Source: Escherichia phage a20
Direction: 5' to 3' (one strand)
DNA: 64,000 bases
Sequence record: OQ067374.1
The notes under the pieces are model-generated. The model was given only the letters and a program-made list of their open reading frames with translations, was not told the origin of the DNA and ran no database searches. The first letter of the stretch is position 1. The number at the start of each line of letters is the position of its first letter. This document shows, piece after piece, positions 19,217 through 29,532 of the stretch. A program made the position numbers and the translations under genes.

Positions 19217-19432
19217 TTATCTCATTAAATTAAAATAAAAACGTCCATCCTCTTCAATACAGAACTCATACTCAACCGGAGTCCCATTTATCGAAAATGA
19301 CACGTCATGTGGGTTCAAAGGGTCGATGTCAAAATTAATTTTAAATTCACGACCCAACAGTTTTACCAAATAAGGGATTGCTTCGTCAAAAGGTTCTTCT
19401 AAGTAGTTAGAGATGTCAATTGTCATCCTCAT
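19217..19432 (-). CDS. hypothetical protein
   Basis: Track ORF 19217..19510 overlaps gene 55; shortened to the internal Met at 19432. Confidence 0.35.
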   Translation of the reverse strand: MRMTIDISNYLEEPFDEAIPYLVKLLGREFKINFDIDPLNPHDVSFSINGTPVEYEFCIEEDGRFYFNLMR

Positions 19433-19973
19433 ATAAAAAATCCAAACTAGGCGAATCGCTAACAACTTCCTTCTTTTCAGCCCCAGGAGCTTTATAAGCG
19501 GATTCTTCATAATGCGTCATTTTATCGTAGATGTCTTGAATAAACGTTTCATCTACCAACGCTACCATATCATCGTCATGACTGTCGTAGACATTATGAA
19601 CGAAGTAACTATATTTCTTTGCAACTTCCTTACGTTCTTTTTTGATACGTTGGACAAAAGCATTAAAACAAGCTCGAGTTATGTATGCATGTGGGTTATT
19701 GTACTTAGTTTCGTCGAAATTATGAAGTCCCTTAATAGAGGCTTCAATCCCATCTGCAATCATCTCCTGCTTCCAAGACTGGGTATATCCTGAAAAGTTG
19801 AAACGTTTGGACAGGCCTTCGGCGATAAGCATAATTGCTAAACCGATGGTATCATTCTGACGAATAATTTTGTTTGGGTCTTTATTATTTAAGAGCTCCT
19901 TTTTCCACTCGATTATAGCGGCGAGAAGCTCTTTATTATTCACATAGTTATTTTTAGGTTTTTGTTCAGTCAT
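19416..19973 (-). CDS. 55: late-transcription sigma factor
   Basis: 185 aa; near-identical over long stretches to T4 gp55 as I recall it. Confidence 0.93.
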   Translation of the reverse strand: MTEQKPKNNYVNNKELLAAIIEWKKELLNNKDPNKIIRQNDTIGLAIMLIAEGLSKRFNFSGYTQSWKQEMIADGIEASIKGLHNFDETKYNNPHAYITRACFNAFVQRIKKERKEVAKKYSYFVHNVYDSHDDDMVALVDETFIQDIYDKMTHYEESAYKAPGAEKKEVVSDSPSLDFLYEDDN

Positions 19974-20045
19974 AAGTACCTCTTAGCTCAATTCATAGGT
20001 CTATTATATCATAATATTTAGAGACCTATCTTAAAGCACGAGATA

Positions 20046-20315
20046 CTATCGGAGCAAACAATAAGCCTGAAACACTTTTTCCATTAAACGTTTGAACTCA
20101 TGGATATCGATATAAAGCTCAGTAAGACCGGCATTATAAAGAAAATCTAAAAAGTTCTCATGTGTTTCGTTATAGTCGCCTTCGTTTAATTGAGATACAT
20201 GAGTTTCCCAAAAACCAACACCTTTAACGAATGGAAAATACGTGACTTTCATGTATTCGTCAACATAAAATTCGCCCAGCTTTTCTTCAGTTATACTGAT
20301 TCGAGTTAATTTCAT
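20046..20315 (-). CDS. hypothetical protein
   Basis: 89 aa ORF. Confidence 0.5.
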   Translation of the reverse strand: MKLTRISITEEKLGEFYVDEYMKVTYFPFVKGVGFWETHVSQLNEGDYNETHENFLDFLYNAGLTELYIDIHEFKRLMEKVFQAYCLLR

Positions 20316-20539
20316 TCTAGTTCCTTTGCTGCTTCAAGAGCAGCATCCAGCGAATCAAATTGGTCAACGAAATCAATATTCAACGCATCGTCAACCGTAG
20401 CATATAACCACCATTGTTTGAATTCATATTCTAGGATAAATCCAGGCCCTTCAATCTGAGGAAGACCTAGGCTATTTGTACCAACTTCGTAACCAGCTAG
20501 ACGCAGGTCATTAATCAAAGTTTCTGTTAATACGCTCAT
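20312..20539 (-). CDS. hypothetical acidic protein
   Basis: 75 aa ORF, overlapping stop/start with neighbours. Confidence 0.5.
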   Translation of the reverse strand: MSVLTETLINDLRLAGYEVGTNSLGLPQIEGPGFILEYEFKQWWLYATVDDALNIDFVDQFDSLDAALEAAKELE

Positions 20540-20868
20540 TTTACCGCCTTAACAATTTTCAGGTCAACGAATTTTTTCTTACGTTGATTTTTCATACGAC
20601 GGATAGTCTTTTCAGAGATTTCATGTTTCTGATAAGCTTTAGATTCAACACCAAATGCAGTAACGTCAAATTCAGAAAGAATATATTGTACTAGAATTTC
20701 ACGAATAGAATTACGTCCAATTTTCTGGTCGTGTTTTTGCATGATTTCATAAAGACGGAATTCCCACGCGTCAAGAACTTGAGGAGTAACAATATTGCCG
20801 GATTCCAGAAGAGCAACAACTTTATCGAAAGCGAAAGAATTAACTACGTTTTTGATTTTAGTAGACAT
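20536..20868 (-). CDS. hypothetical protein
   Basis: Track ORF 20536..20916; start set at the internal ATG at 20868, which has GAGGAAAATAAT upstream. Confidence 0.5.
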   Translation of the reverse strand: MSTKIKNVVNSFAFDKVVALLESGNIVTPQVLDAWEFRLYEIMQKHDQKIGRNSIREILVQYILSEFDVTAFGVESKAYQKHEISEKTIRRMKNQRKKKFVDLKIVKAVK

Positions 20869-20934
20869 ATTATTTTCCTCGGTTATTTTATTATCCAACG
20901 AGAGAATTATACTCATCTCTCAAGAGTTTGTATA

Positions 20935-21174
20935 CTATTTTTTAAGCATGAAAAGTAAGTAATTTGTATCACGTGGAGTAATATCAACACCCATATCAAA
21001 GATGCCTTTATAGATTGGGTATTTGTTTTCGGTTGTATCGAAGCTGAAACTATTTCCATCACAACTAACAGTAATAGCATCTGTTAAAATGTCATACTCA
21101 ATCCTAACAATTGAATCCCCAATTTTAACGTCGAGGTGTTTTTTGAATTTGATAAAATCTAATTCTTGGGCCAT
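20935..21174 (-). CDS. hypothetical protein
   Basis: 79 aa ORF. Confidence 0.45.
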   Translation of the reverse strand: MAQELDFIKFKKHLDVKIGDSIVRIEYDILTDAITVSCDGNSFSFDTTENKYPIYKGIFDMGVDITPRDTNYLLFMLKK

Positions 21175-21237
21175 GATATTTTCCTCATTTTAAGACGATA
21201 GGAAGATAATAACATGACTTCCTATCGTTGTACATTA

Positions 21238-21438
21238 TTAACCGAACTTTTTAGCGCCTTTCCAGCCTTCGTACATAACTGCACAAGTCAGTAGTACAGC
21301 GTGCTGGCATTCTTTGTATTTGTAAATCCAGAACCAGCGTAAGAAGTCTTCATCCTCAACGCCGTTGAGTTTCATATTGGCAAAGAATTCGGCACGTTCT
21401 TCACGAAGTTTTTGAGATAACATAGATTCAGGATTCAT
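21238..21438 (-). CDS. hypothetical protein
   Basis: 66 aa ORF. Confidence 0.45.
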   Translation of the reverse strand: MNPESMLSQKLREERAEFFANMKLNGVEDEDFLRWFWIYKYKECQHAVLLTCAVMYEGWKGAKKFG

Positions 21439-21569
21439 TTTATATTCCAGACCCCATTTTCATCGATGAACTTAATCCAGTCATTTACAGACCATTTAGT
21501 TGTATCACCCTTTGGATTAACATTTAAAGTGTAGAACCCTTGCTTAAAAAGCCAGCGTTTGATATTCAT
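21435..21569 (-). CDS. hypothetical small protein
   Basis: Track ORF 21435..21662 shortened to the internal ATG at 21569 (GAGGAAATT upstream) to avoid overlap. Confidence 0.35.
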   Translation of the reverse strand: MNIKRWLFKQGFYTLNVNPKGDTTKWSVNDWIKFIDENGVWNIK

Positions 21570-21576
21570 AATTTCC

Positions 21577-21870
21577 TCAACTGTAACGATAACATTCGTT
21601 AGCTTTACGTTTGGCTTCAGTATGAGAAGTATTATAATCATAATCTTCTTTACTGTAAACATCTTTTTTCAACTTACGAACTTCTTTGCGGAGTTGTCGA
21701 TTCATTTCATTCTTGACTTCAGAATCAACGCCTTTCATACGTTTCCATTTATCTGAGCGGAAAATGTTTTCAACCATGTCTTTGTGGCTAACACCGTCAG
21801 GAGCTTTACGCTTACCAAAATAGTCGTAATCGCGAACTTTCAAATCTTTACGACGATATGTTTTACCCAT
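21577..21870 (-). CDS. hypothetical basic protein
   Basis: Track ORF 21577..21897; start set at the internal ATG at 21870 with GAGG upstream. Confidence 0.45.
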   Translation of the reverse strand: MGKTYRRKDLKVRDYDYFGKRKAPDGVSHKDMVENIFRSDKWKRMKGVDSEVKNEMNRQLRKEVRKLKKDVYSKEDYDYNTSHTEAKRKANECYRYS

Positions 21871-21877
21871 AAGTACC

Positions 21878-22126
21878 TCAGAGGTTGATTGATACAATGC
21901 GTTTGATAAAATTCACTTCACTTACTGAAAGGTCTTTAAGGCCAATTGCTTCTAAACGCTGAGTAAGCGTCAACATCGGGATATAATCCCATTGAGTTTT
22001 ATTTGCTTGATAAGTACGAACGCCATTAGCAATTTCAACATGCAAATCGGAAATGGTAACGAATACCGGTCGCTCGTCATTAACTTTAAGGGTTAGAACA
22101 ACTTTCTTTGAATCTAAACTAATCAT
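21878..22126 (-). CDS. hypothetical protein
   Basis: 82 aa ORF. Confidence 0.45.
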   Translation of the reverse strand: MISLDSKKVVLTLKVNDERPVFVTISDLHVEIANGVRTYQANKTQWDYIPMLTLTQRLEAIGLKDLSVSEVNFIKRIVSINL

Positions 22127-22425
22127 GGCTTAATTTCCTTCGCAATTGAACAGAAGATACCACGGTCACAAAGCATTTCGCCAATTTCTGGATATTTGAT
22201 TGAACGGTACCAAACATCCAGGCTTGAAACTCTGGTTATCTGTACTGCATTACCGTTGACGGAATAGTACTGGTCAACCTTAATTTCTTTATCTTCAATT
22301 GTCATTTTATTTTCCTCTATAGTAGATGGTTTAATCTTAACACGTCTATTGAGGATGTAAACTGTTTTATGAAAATATTTTCGATTTGAGAGGGGCACAA
22401 GGAGATAGTGAAGTGAAGATTCCAA
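22123..22425 (-). CDS. hypothetical protein
   Basis: 100 aa ORF. Confidence 0.45.
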   Translation of the reverse strand: MESSLHYLLVPLSNRKYFHKTVYILNRRVKIKPSTIEENKMTIEDKEIKVDQYYSVNGNAVQITRVSSLDVWYRSIKYPEIGEMLCDRGIFCSIAKEIKP

Positions 22426-22470
22426 TGGATTATATTAGAAATGAGATAAAGAAGACCAGGCGGCACCTGG

Positions 22471-22779
22471 TCAATCTTCTATGATATCAGAGTCATATCC
22501 TAATGAAATCAAGGACTTTTTAAACTCTGCAATATTCTTTTGTTTCTTATCATTTAAAAATATGACAGGATAACGAATATTAAGTGAAGTGAATCCTGCA
22601 CGTTTAGCAAGAGATACGATTAAAGGACGGTCATATTCAATCTTACCATTATTAGTGAGGACTTTATAAAATGTATAAGGAGCATTGAGCTCCTTTAAAA
22701 GTTTTGTAACAGTATAACATCCTGGACAACGTCCTACTTCTTCAGGGATGCCATAAATTTCAATCTTGTTGTGTTCCAC
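22471..22779 (-). CDS. nrdH: glutaredoxin-like protein
   Basis: 102 aa; CPGC active-site motif; adjacent to nrdG/nrdD. Confidence 0.75.
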   Translation of the reverse strand: MEHNKIEIYGIPEEVGRCPGCYTVTKLLKELNAPYTFYKVLTNNGKIEYDRPLIVSLAKRAGFTSLNIRYPVIFLNDKKQKNIAEFKKSLISLGYDSDIIED

Positions 22780-22781
22780 AA

Positions 22782-22994
22782 TTATTCCTTGCCAAGAACA
22801 GAATTCAGTTTATTAGTAATTTTGTCCAAACGTTCATTGAATTCGCTGGAGGATAAACCCTTTTCCGGAGAAATTAAACTAATCACGAAAAATACAACAG
22901 TAAAAGGAATAAGAAAAATAGCTCCAACTGCCATAAACAAAAAGAATGTTACAGTTGTAAGAAAATCAGCTAAACCTTTACGAAATTTATACAT
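22782..22994 (-). CDS. small membrane protein
   Basis: 70 aa with two hydrophobic helices. Confidence 0.45.
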   Translation of the reverse strand: MYKFRKGLADFLTTVTFFLFMAVGAIFLIPFTVVFFVISLISPEKGLSSSEFNERLDKITNKLNSVLGKE

Positions 22995-23104
22995 ATTTAC
23001 CCTTAATTAACTAAGCATTGATAAGCACTAAACTATATTGGGAATAAAATTCTGGACCAAAATGAAAAATCATATCATTTATAGTATCCATAATATAATT
23101 CAAT

Positions 23105-23575
23105 TTAATCATGTTTCCACACCCCATCGGTATTTGTCCAAAGTCGCTGATTATCTGATCCTCGCCACAGCTTTTTAGTCGGAAGATTTTTCTCATACTT
23201 CCCATCAATAATAACATCAACATATTTAAGCATTTCTAGCTGTTTAATATCTTCAAACTTATATCCTGTCCACAACCAAATGCTTTTATTTGGATAAAGA
23301 TTTTTTACTGTTTGAGCAATGCAATGAATAACATCTCGATTGTCAGGATAGAGAGGGTCTCCTCCAGTTATAGTCAATCCTTCTATATAATCATTATTCA
23401 AACATTCAATTAATTGTTCTAGTGTTTCACCGGTGAATGGAATACCATTTCTAGCATTCCATGTTGATTTATTATAACACCCTTCGCATTTATGCAAACA
23501 ACCTGTAACGAAAAGAACGACCCTGCAACCAGGGCCATTCACAAAATCGCAAGGATAAAATCTATCATAATTCAT
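23105..23575 (-). CDS. nrdG: anaerobic ribonucleotide reductase activating protein (radical SAM)
   Basis: 156 aa; CLHKCEGC CX3CX2C motif; overlaps the nrdD stop. Confidence 0.92.
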   Translation of the reverse strand: MNYDRFYPCDFVNGPGCRVVLFVTGCLHKCEGCYNKSTWNARNGIPFTGETLEQLIECLNNDYIEGLTITGGDPLYPDNRDVIHCIAQTVKNLYPNKSIWLWTGYKFEDIKQLEMLKYVDVIIDGKYEKNLPTKKLWRGSDNQRLWTNTDGVWKHD

Positions 23576-25389
23576 TGGTGTTTAACCCTATGCATGATTT
23601 CTTTATTTTTGCCTAGATTAAATCCGCGTTCGTTCGGATTTCCAAGATAACCGCATGTTCTTCTTATGGTGTTCATCTTTTTAGGATCAGTTTCTCCACA
23701 AACTGAACAAACAAATCCGTTTTCAGTAGGAGTCATTTCATGGGTACTTCCGCATGTAAAACATTTATCTACTGGCATATTAACACCAAAATAATCTAAA
23801 TGTTGTGCAGCATAATCCCATACAGCCTCAAGTCCTTTTAAGTTATTTTTCATATCAGGAAGTTCAACATAAGAAATATGACCGCCGGTCGCTATGAAAT
23901 GATATGGCGCTTCACGAGAAATCTTTTCAAACGGAGTAATATTTTCTTCTACTGAAACATGGAAACTATTAGTGTACCAGCCTTTATCAGTGACATCCTT
24001 TACACTTCCATATTTTTCTGTGTCGAGTTTACAGAAACGATAACACAAGTTTTCGGCAGGAGTAGAATATAAACTAAAAGCAAAACCGGTTCTTTCGGTC
24101 CACTGCTTAAGACGAGCATTCATTTTAGTTAAAATTTCCTGTCCAATATCACGACCGACAAGAATATTCAATTCGTGAATACCAATGTATCCTAGGGACA
24201 CTGAACTTCTACCGTTTTTAAATAACTCAATTATATCGTCATCAGGTTTAAGACGAACCCCGAATGCACCTTCTTGGTAAAGAATAGGAGCAACAGTCGC
24301 TTTAACTCCTTTTAAGGAACTAATTCTACACATCAAGGCTTCAAAACACAGGTCCATTCGTTCGTTAAATAGCTCAACAAATTTCTGTTCATTGAACTGT
24401 GTTCCAATATAAGAATCTAATGCTATACGAGGAAGATTCAGTGTTACAACGCCAAGATTATTACGACCGTCAAGAATTTCATTTCCAGTTGAATCTTTCC
24501 ATACACTCAAGAAACTACGGCAGCCCATTGGAGAAACAGGAACAGATGAACCGGTAATAGCTTTATTATTCTTAACCGAAATAACGTCAGGATACATTCT
24601 TTTGCTTGCACATTCTAACGCAAGTTGTTTAATATCATAGTTTGGATCGTCTTTATAAAGATTAACACCTTCTTCAATGAACATAACAAGCTTAGGGAAA
24701 ATAGGAGTTATCCCATCACGACCAAGACCTTTAATACGATTTTTCAGAATTGCTTTCTGAATCATTCGTTCAGTCCAGTCAGTTCCCGTACCAAATGTAA
24801 TTGTTACAAAAGGCGTTTGTCCGTTTGAACTAAAGAGAGTGTTTACTTCATATTCATAAGCTTGGAATGCGTCATAGACATCTTTTTCTGTTTTGGATTG
24901 AGCATAATTCAACGCATCAGCGATTTGCCATTTTTCTGCATCTTCAATATGTTTTGCATAGGTGCGTTTAACATAAGGAGAAAGTACTTTATCTACATTA
25001 GCAAAAGTCGTTCCGCCGTATTGGTGAGAAGCAACCTGTGCAGTAATTTGTGCCATAATTGCAGTAGCAACGCCAATTGATTTAGGAGTTTCAATCTGCG
25101 CATTACCTAGCTTAAATCCGTTTTCAAGCATTCCTTTTAAATCTACTAAACAACAATTAGTAAATGGAAGAGCAGGGGAATAATCAATATCATGGAAATG
25201 GATAATTCCGCTTTCATGTGCTTTCATAATAAAAGACGGGACCATATTTTTGGCAATGTGTTTAGACACAATACCAGCCATAAGGTCCCGTTGAGTTGGA
25301 AAAACACGAGAATCTTTATTAGCATTCTCGTTTAAAAGGTCTTTATTAGTTTTATGAATCAATCCTTCAATTTCTTTTTCAATTGTCAT
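23572..25389 (-). CDS. nrdD: anaerobic ribonucleoside-triphosphate reductase
   Basis: 605 aa; C-terminal glycyl-radical RRTCGYLG and Zn-ribbon cysteines; uninterrupted (no intron). Confidence 0.97.
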   Translation of the reverse strand: MTIEKEIEGLIHKTNKDLLNENANKDSRVFPTQRDLMAGIVSKHIAKNMVPSFIMKAHESGIIHFHDIDYSPALPFTNCCLVDLKGMLENGFKLGNAQIETPKSIGVATAIMAQITAQVASHQYGGTTFANVDKVLSPYVKRTYAKHIEDAEKWQIADALNYAQSKTEKDVYDAFQAYEYEVNTLFSSNGQTPFVTITFGTGTDWTERMIQKAILKNRIKGLGRDGITPIFPKLVMFIEEGVNLYKDDPNYDIKQLALECASKRMYPDVISVKNNKAITGSSVPVSPMGCRSFLSVWKDSTGNEILDGRNNLGVVTLNLPRIALDSYIGTQFNEQKFVELFNERMDLCFEALMCRISSLKGVKATVAPILYQEGAFGVRLKPDDDIIELFKNGRSSVSLGYIGIHELNILVGRDIGQEILTKMNARLKQWTERTGFAFSLYSTPAENLCYRFCKLDTEKYGSVKDVTDKGWYTNSFHVSVEENITPFEKISREAPYHFIATGGHISYVELPDMKNNLKGLEAVWDYAAQHLDYFGVNMPVDKCFTCGSTHEMTPTENGFVCSVCGETDPKKMNTIRRTCGYLGNPNERGFNLGKNKEIMHRVKHQ

Positions 25390-25859
25390 TTTAAACTCTT
25401 TCTAAGTTGCTTCTTAAATGAAGCTATTAACTGTGTTTTGGTGTCAGATTCATTATATTCAAATCCTCTTTGAAGCATCTCAGCCATCATTTCCTCTTTA
25501 CCTAGTCTTGAGAACTCTTTAGTTTTGTCTGGAACAAAATTAGGATGGATATTATTATAAGAATAATCTTGTTTCAAATAAGCAAGAAGAGCTTCAAGCC
25601 ATTCGAGGTAGTCAACATCACGTCCTTTAAGACCGGAACGGTTGAACTTATGCTTCATTTGACCTTCTGCTGCGTTGCACAGATTACAGAGTAATCCACG
25701 AACTCTACCGGCTTTTGGCCCGTTTAATTCGTGGTCGTGGTCAAGATGGTTACCTTGAACATCAGGGTCTAATTCACGGTGGCAAATAGGACACTTACCA
25801 TTCTGTGCATCATAAAATTTTTGTTTTTCTTCTTTATATTTTGCGCCTGATAATAACAT
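25386..25859 (-). CDS. 49: endonuclease VII (Holliday junction resolvase)
   Basis: 157 aa; strong match to T4 gp49 including the Zn-binding cysteines. Confidence 0.95.
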   Translation of the reverse strand: MLLSGAKYKEEKQKFYDAQNGKCPICHRELDPDVQGNHLDHDHELNGPKAGRVRGLLCNLCNAAEGQMKHKFNRSGLKGRDVDYLEWLEALLAYLKQDYSYNNIHPNFVPDKTKEFSRLGKEEMMAEMLQRGFEYNESDTKTQLIASFKKQLRKSLK

Positions 25860-26197
25860 GATAAACCCTTACCTTAAATAGATAAGGGTATTTATAATTT
25901 AGTAAACGTTATAAAAGTTACGATGAGAACGTTTAGCTTTGCGAAGCTGACGTTTAGTAGGACGAACTGTAAATGGTTGTCCGGAGAAAAAATTCGGATC
26001 GGTTTTAATAAGCAAATACCAATCATGCTTGCCATTTTTTAATAAACGGTACAATAATTTAACTTGCATAATAATCTCTTCCCATTTCCATATTAATTAA
26101 TTCATTTATTGAAGGTTCATCATAACACGTTTCTTCGTCGTTGTAAACTGTTTCGACGTCTGGCTCGACTGTCTCCCATCGAGCCGAATACCACGGT

Positions 26198-26533
26198 TTA
26201 ACCGCGGAGCTTATCGAGCTCTTCATAATCAATCCAGGATTCTAGTCCGGACGGCAAATCAGATTCAACATTCCACAGAAGCTCTTCGATGGCTTGTAGG
26301 CGATTATATTCTTCAACAGTAATAGTAACCATTGTTTCAGGCTTTTTAACCATCATGTCATTCATCAGAATGTACAGGTCTTCACAAACAGCTGGGTCGT
26401 CCCATGTCCATATTTCAGCATCTCGAACCAATGAAGCCGGAATCAAATTTAAAACTTCAAGCTTAGTAGGAGCGTCAGGGCCGAGAAGAGTTGCTACAAA
26501 TTTATATGCTTTGGCGAAATCAATATTGTTCAT
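26198..26533 (-). CDS. hypothetical acidic protein
   Basis: 111 aa ORF between nrdC and gene 49. Confidence 0.5.
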   Translation of the reverse strand: MNNIDFAKAYKFVATLLGPDAPTKLEVLNLIPASLVRDAEIWTWDDPAVCEDLYILMNDMMVKKPETMVTITVEEYNRLQAIEELLWNVESDLPSGLESWIDYEELDKLRG

Positions 26534-26793
26534 TTAAAATATTCTCGCAGTTGGTCAAATCCACCAATGTGACTTCCGTCAGGAGCAAACACTTGAGGCA
26601 TAGTCAATCCGACTTGTGATTCACGACCAAGCTTAACCAGAAGCTCAGCAATTTTCTCATCATCGAACACACCTTTTTCTGGCATAACATTAATGAATTC
26701 GAATGGCTGTTTCTTAACAGTCAGCAATCTTTTCGCATTATCACAGAAAACACAACGGTGAATAGTAGAGTCATACCCGTACACTTTAAACAT
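26530..26793 (-). CDS. nrdC: thioredoxin/glutaredoxin
   Basis: Track ORF 26530..26808; start set at MFKVYGYD (T4 NrdC N-terminus) with AAGGA upstream; CVFC active site. Confidence 0.9.
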   Translation of the reverse strand: MFKVYGYDSTIHRCVFCDNAKRLLTVKKQPFEFINVMPEKGVFDDEKIAELLVKLGRESQVGLTMPQVFAPDGSHIGGFDQLREYFK

Positions 26794-27199
26794 TATTTTT
26801 CCTTTCATCGATTAAATATGCAACACCAAATACAATACATGTAATAAAACCTGTGATACCGATAGAGAACATCAACACTGTACCAAAGAACCAAATCAGG
26901 TTATCTTTAGTAGTTTGTTTGATATCCATCTCACGAATTTCTATAGCTATCGTATCACCTTTATTCAGAAGCGTATAAAACGACGGTGATACACGCCTGT
27001 CAAAAACTCGTCCTTGCTCATCTTTATAGACGGCAATAAATTCTAATTTAGAATATTTTCCTGTAGATTGACCTGAAATTAATTCCACTACCTCCACAGG
27101 AATTACTTTAGTTTCCATGTAAGTATTCTGGCTGTTCCAAATGAATGGAATGATGGCAAAAACTAAAGCTGCAATAAAACAACGAAGGCTATATCTCAT
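26786..27199 (-). CDS. membrane protein
   Basis: 137 aa; N- and C-terminal hydrophobic helices. Confidence 0.5.
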   Translation of the reverse strand: MRYSLRCFIAALVFAIIPFIWNSQNTYMETKVIPVEVVELISGQSTGKYSKLEFIAVYKDEQGRVFDRRVSPSFYTLLNKGDTIAIEIREMDIKQTTKDNLIWFFGTVLMFSIGITGFITCIVFGVAYLIDERKNNV

Positions 27200-27504
27200 T
27201 ATAATGTTCTCTCAAATTTGTGGAAGCATTTACGGCATTTCAATTTCAAGTTATCAGTGGTCCAGTTAACCAGTTGGACTTGGATAGTTCCACATTCTGG
27301 GCATGGATGTTTTGCTGCCGATTTGGCAGCATTTTCACGTCGTTCAACCATTTTCATGATTTCGTTCCATGCCGGAGGAACGAACTCTTCTTCACCGTGG
27401 ATTTTATCTCGCTGAACAAATTCAATCTTTGAACTATCATCAATAAACTTAACCAAGTCATGATTAGTGCTCATATCAATATCCTCTAAAAGACGTAGTT
27501 TCAT
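27199..27504 (-). CDS. hypothetical Zn-ribbon protein
   Basis: 101 aa; CPECG...CRKC pair. Confidence 0.5.
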   Translation of the reverse strand: MKLRLLEDIDMSTNHDLVKFIDDSSKIEFVQRDKIHGEEEFVPPAWNEIMKMVERRENAAKSAAKHPCPECGTIQVQLVNWTTDNLKLKCRKCFHKFERTL

Positions 27505-28454
27505 TATAAAACCTCAATGGCATTTCGTAAACCATCCGCTTTCGCATTCAGAGCTTTTAACGATTTAGTTTGTTCTGCAATCTGGGCTTCGACTTCTTTC
27601 AGACGAGATTTGAGATATTCGCGTTCTTCTCTTAAGTTATCAACTTTTTCTGCTTTAGGCTCTTTAATAGGCTTAGGTTTATACGTATTAGGGTTCTTCA
27701 GTTTAATTTGAATTCGAGAACTGAATAACATTGAACCGTTATCTTCGGTTTCACTGTGTATTTCTACCACGTCCATGATTCTTAACATCATGCGAAGTTT
27801 ATAAGACAGCGAACGAACGGTTTTATTGTGCTTCTTAATTTCTTCAGCTTTCATGGTGCCGAGATTACGTGAGTAGTAATAAGGAACCTGAATATCAATT
27901 GATAATGATGCGGTACCATTACCGGTTGGTTTGAACACTGCAGTAACCCAATCTTTAGCATGAACTGTATTTGTACGATCATCGCCGCCTGTGAATAATT
28001 TACGAGAATGTTTAAAAAGCATATTCACTTGGTTATTGAATTCACAAGCAAATTTATCAGCAAATTTAGTTTCAGGAATGGTAGTTAACCAATCAGCCAA
28101 ATGAGTCTTTTTAACATCATTAACAATAGTGAATTCAACCAAATCGGTTTTAGATGTCACAGATTTAATAAAGCTCGGCTTCATAAAGTTTTTAATGTTA
28201 TCGCGAGCTACAGTAGAAGATAATAAACGAGAACGTTTGAACCATTGAAGCAACGTCCCTAACGAATGAGAATACGCATTTTGAGTATCTTTACAGATAT
28301 GATTTTCTTGGCCTATGTATGTACCAAAATCGCGAAGAATACCACTTACTACATCTCGGTGTGGAACATCAAATCCTAGTGCACCAGAAGCACGTTGGGC
28401 ATGAACGTTAGCGATAAGACCTGCAAAGTATTCAATGTAATGTGAACGTGTCAT
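27504..28454 (-). CDS. hypothetical protein with C-terminal coiled coil
   Basis: 316 aa; promoter cassette directly upstream. Confidence 0.55.
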   Translation of the reverse strand: MTRSHYIEYFAGLIANVHAQRASGALGFDVPHRDVVSGILRDFGTYIGQENHICKDTQNAYSHSLGTLLQWFKRSRLLSSTVARDNIKNFMKPSFIKSVTSKTDLVEFTIVNDVKKTHLADWLTTIPETKFADKFACEFNNQVNMLFKHSRKLFTGGDDRTNTVHAKDWVTAVFKPTGNGTASLSIDIQVPYYYSRNLGTMKAEEIKKHNKTVRSLSYKLRMMLRIMDVVEIHSETEDNGSMLFSSRIQIKLKNPNTYKPKPIKEPKAEKVDNLREEREYLKSRLKEVEAQIAEQTKSLKALNAKADGLRNAIEVL

Positions 28455-28482
28455 AATATTTTCCTCTCGTTAAGATAGATTC

Positions 28483-28512
28483 ATTATACTCCAACCATCC
28501 TTGGTTGTAAAC
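28483..28512 (-). promoter_or_regulatory. early-promoter-like cassette with spacer hairpin (PeSL-like)
   Basis: Minus strand: GTTTAC (plus 28507-28512), 18-bp spacer containing hairpin CAACCA-TCCT-TGGTTG, TATAAT (plus 28483-28488); SD and ATG of the 27504..28454 gene follow. Confidence 0.5.
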
Positions 28513-28516
28513 TATT

Positions 28517-29476
28517 TTATGATTTTAACGCATTCATTGCGTTAAAAAGTTTAGAATACTGCAACTGGAGATTCGTTACAACACTTTGAGCATCACGAAG
28601 CTTAGCTTGTGCTTTGTCAAGTTCAACAGACAGTTGGTCCATAGTGGCCTTGATTTGATTGTAACGGTAATCTTCGGCCGGAAGAAGGTCATTAGAAACA
28701 TTTAGTTTTACTGCAGACAGTTTGCACACATTTGGCAAACCTTTAAACATTGATTTACCCGAAGTAGAATAAGCACTTAGGACTTCGGCCTGTTCAATTG
28801 GGGTCCCAGTAAGCGATGCTTCAAACAATGCATTTTCCTTTTTAAGATTTTGATAATATTCGGAGTCTTTGTGCCACCATGGCGCAGGAACCTTTTTACC
28901 AATAGATACACGAGCCTGGATAGCGATATGGCCCTTATTCTTGATAGGGTCGATAATATTAAGCTCACGAGAATAAATTGCTTTAATCTGGTGGATATTA
29001 TCACCTAAAACTTCCAACGCTTGGTGGAATACACGAGCAACGTTATCATTCTTAGGTTTATACGTAAGAGTGAACTCGTTCTCACTGATAACCATGATTT
29101 CTAACTTATCGTAAGTATATTTCAAATGTTTCATGTTAATTGCTTGAGGACGAATACGAGAAGCAATGGCCATCAGATTGTTAAGGTTATTCCGGAACTG
29201 CTTAGCGAAATATTGTCCTTCACCACCAATACAAAAATTACGAAGTTTCTGTTTGGCTAATAAACGGCTGAACTCACCATTTTTAATGAACTCTTTAACG
29301 GGTGTGTTAGTAACGCATTCAAATTGAGTAAACTTACGAGAAGTAATCCCATAATATGAACAGATTTCCTCAATCTCTTCAGGAGTCTTTACAGGCATAC
29401 GGATAGGATTAGGTCCTGGAGTATATGCGTTCGAGGTAAATTCTTTGATAAGTTCTCTACGTGTAATAAAAGCCAT
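28517..29476 (-). CDS. hypothetical protein with C-terminal coiled coil
   Basis: 319 aa; same promoter cassette upstream. Confidence 0.55.
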   Translation of the reverse strand: MAFITRRELIKEFTSNAYTPGPNPIRMPVKTPEEIEEICSYYGITSRKFTQFECVTNTPVKEFIKNGEFSRLLAKQKLRNFCIGGEGQYFAKQFRNNLNNLMAIASRIRPQAINMKHLKYTYDKLEIMVISENEFTLTYKPKNDNVARVFHQALEVLGDNIHQIKAIYSRELNIIDPIKNKGHIAIQARVSIGKKVPAPWWHKDSEYYQNLKKENALFEASLTGTPIEQAEVLSAYSTSGKSMFKGLPNVCKLSAVKLNVSNDLLPAEDYRYNQIKATMDQLSVELDKAQAKLRDAQSVVTNLQLQYSKLFNAMNALKS

Positions 29477-29502
29477 TTTATATTCCTCATGTTGAAAAAT
29501 TT

Positions 29503-29532
29503 ATTATACTCCAACCATCCTTGGTTGTACAT
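29503..29532 (-). promoter_or_regulatory. early-promoter-like cassette with spacer hairpin (PeSL-like)
   Basis: Near-identical copy of the 28483-28512 element (TATAAT at plus 29503-29508, same CAACCA-TCCT-TGGTTG hairpin, -35 variant ATGTAC). Confidence 0.45.

Noticed and set aside
23572-25389. Group I intron or intein in nrdD
   Set aside because: The ORF is continuous at 605 aa with no interruption.
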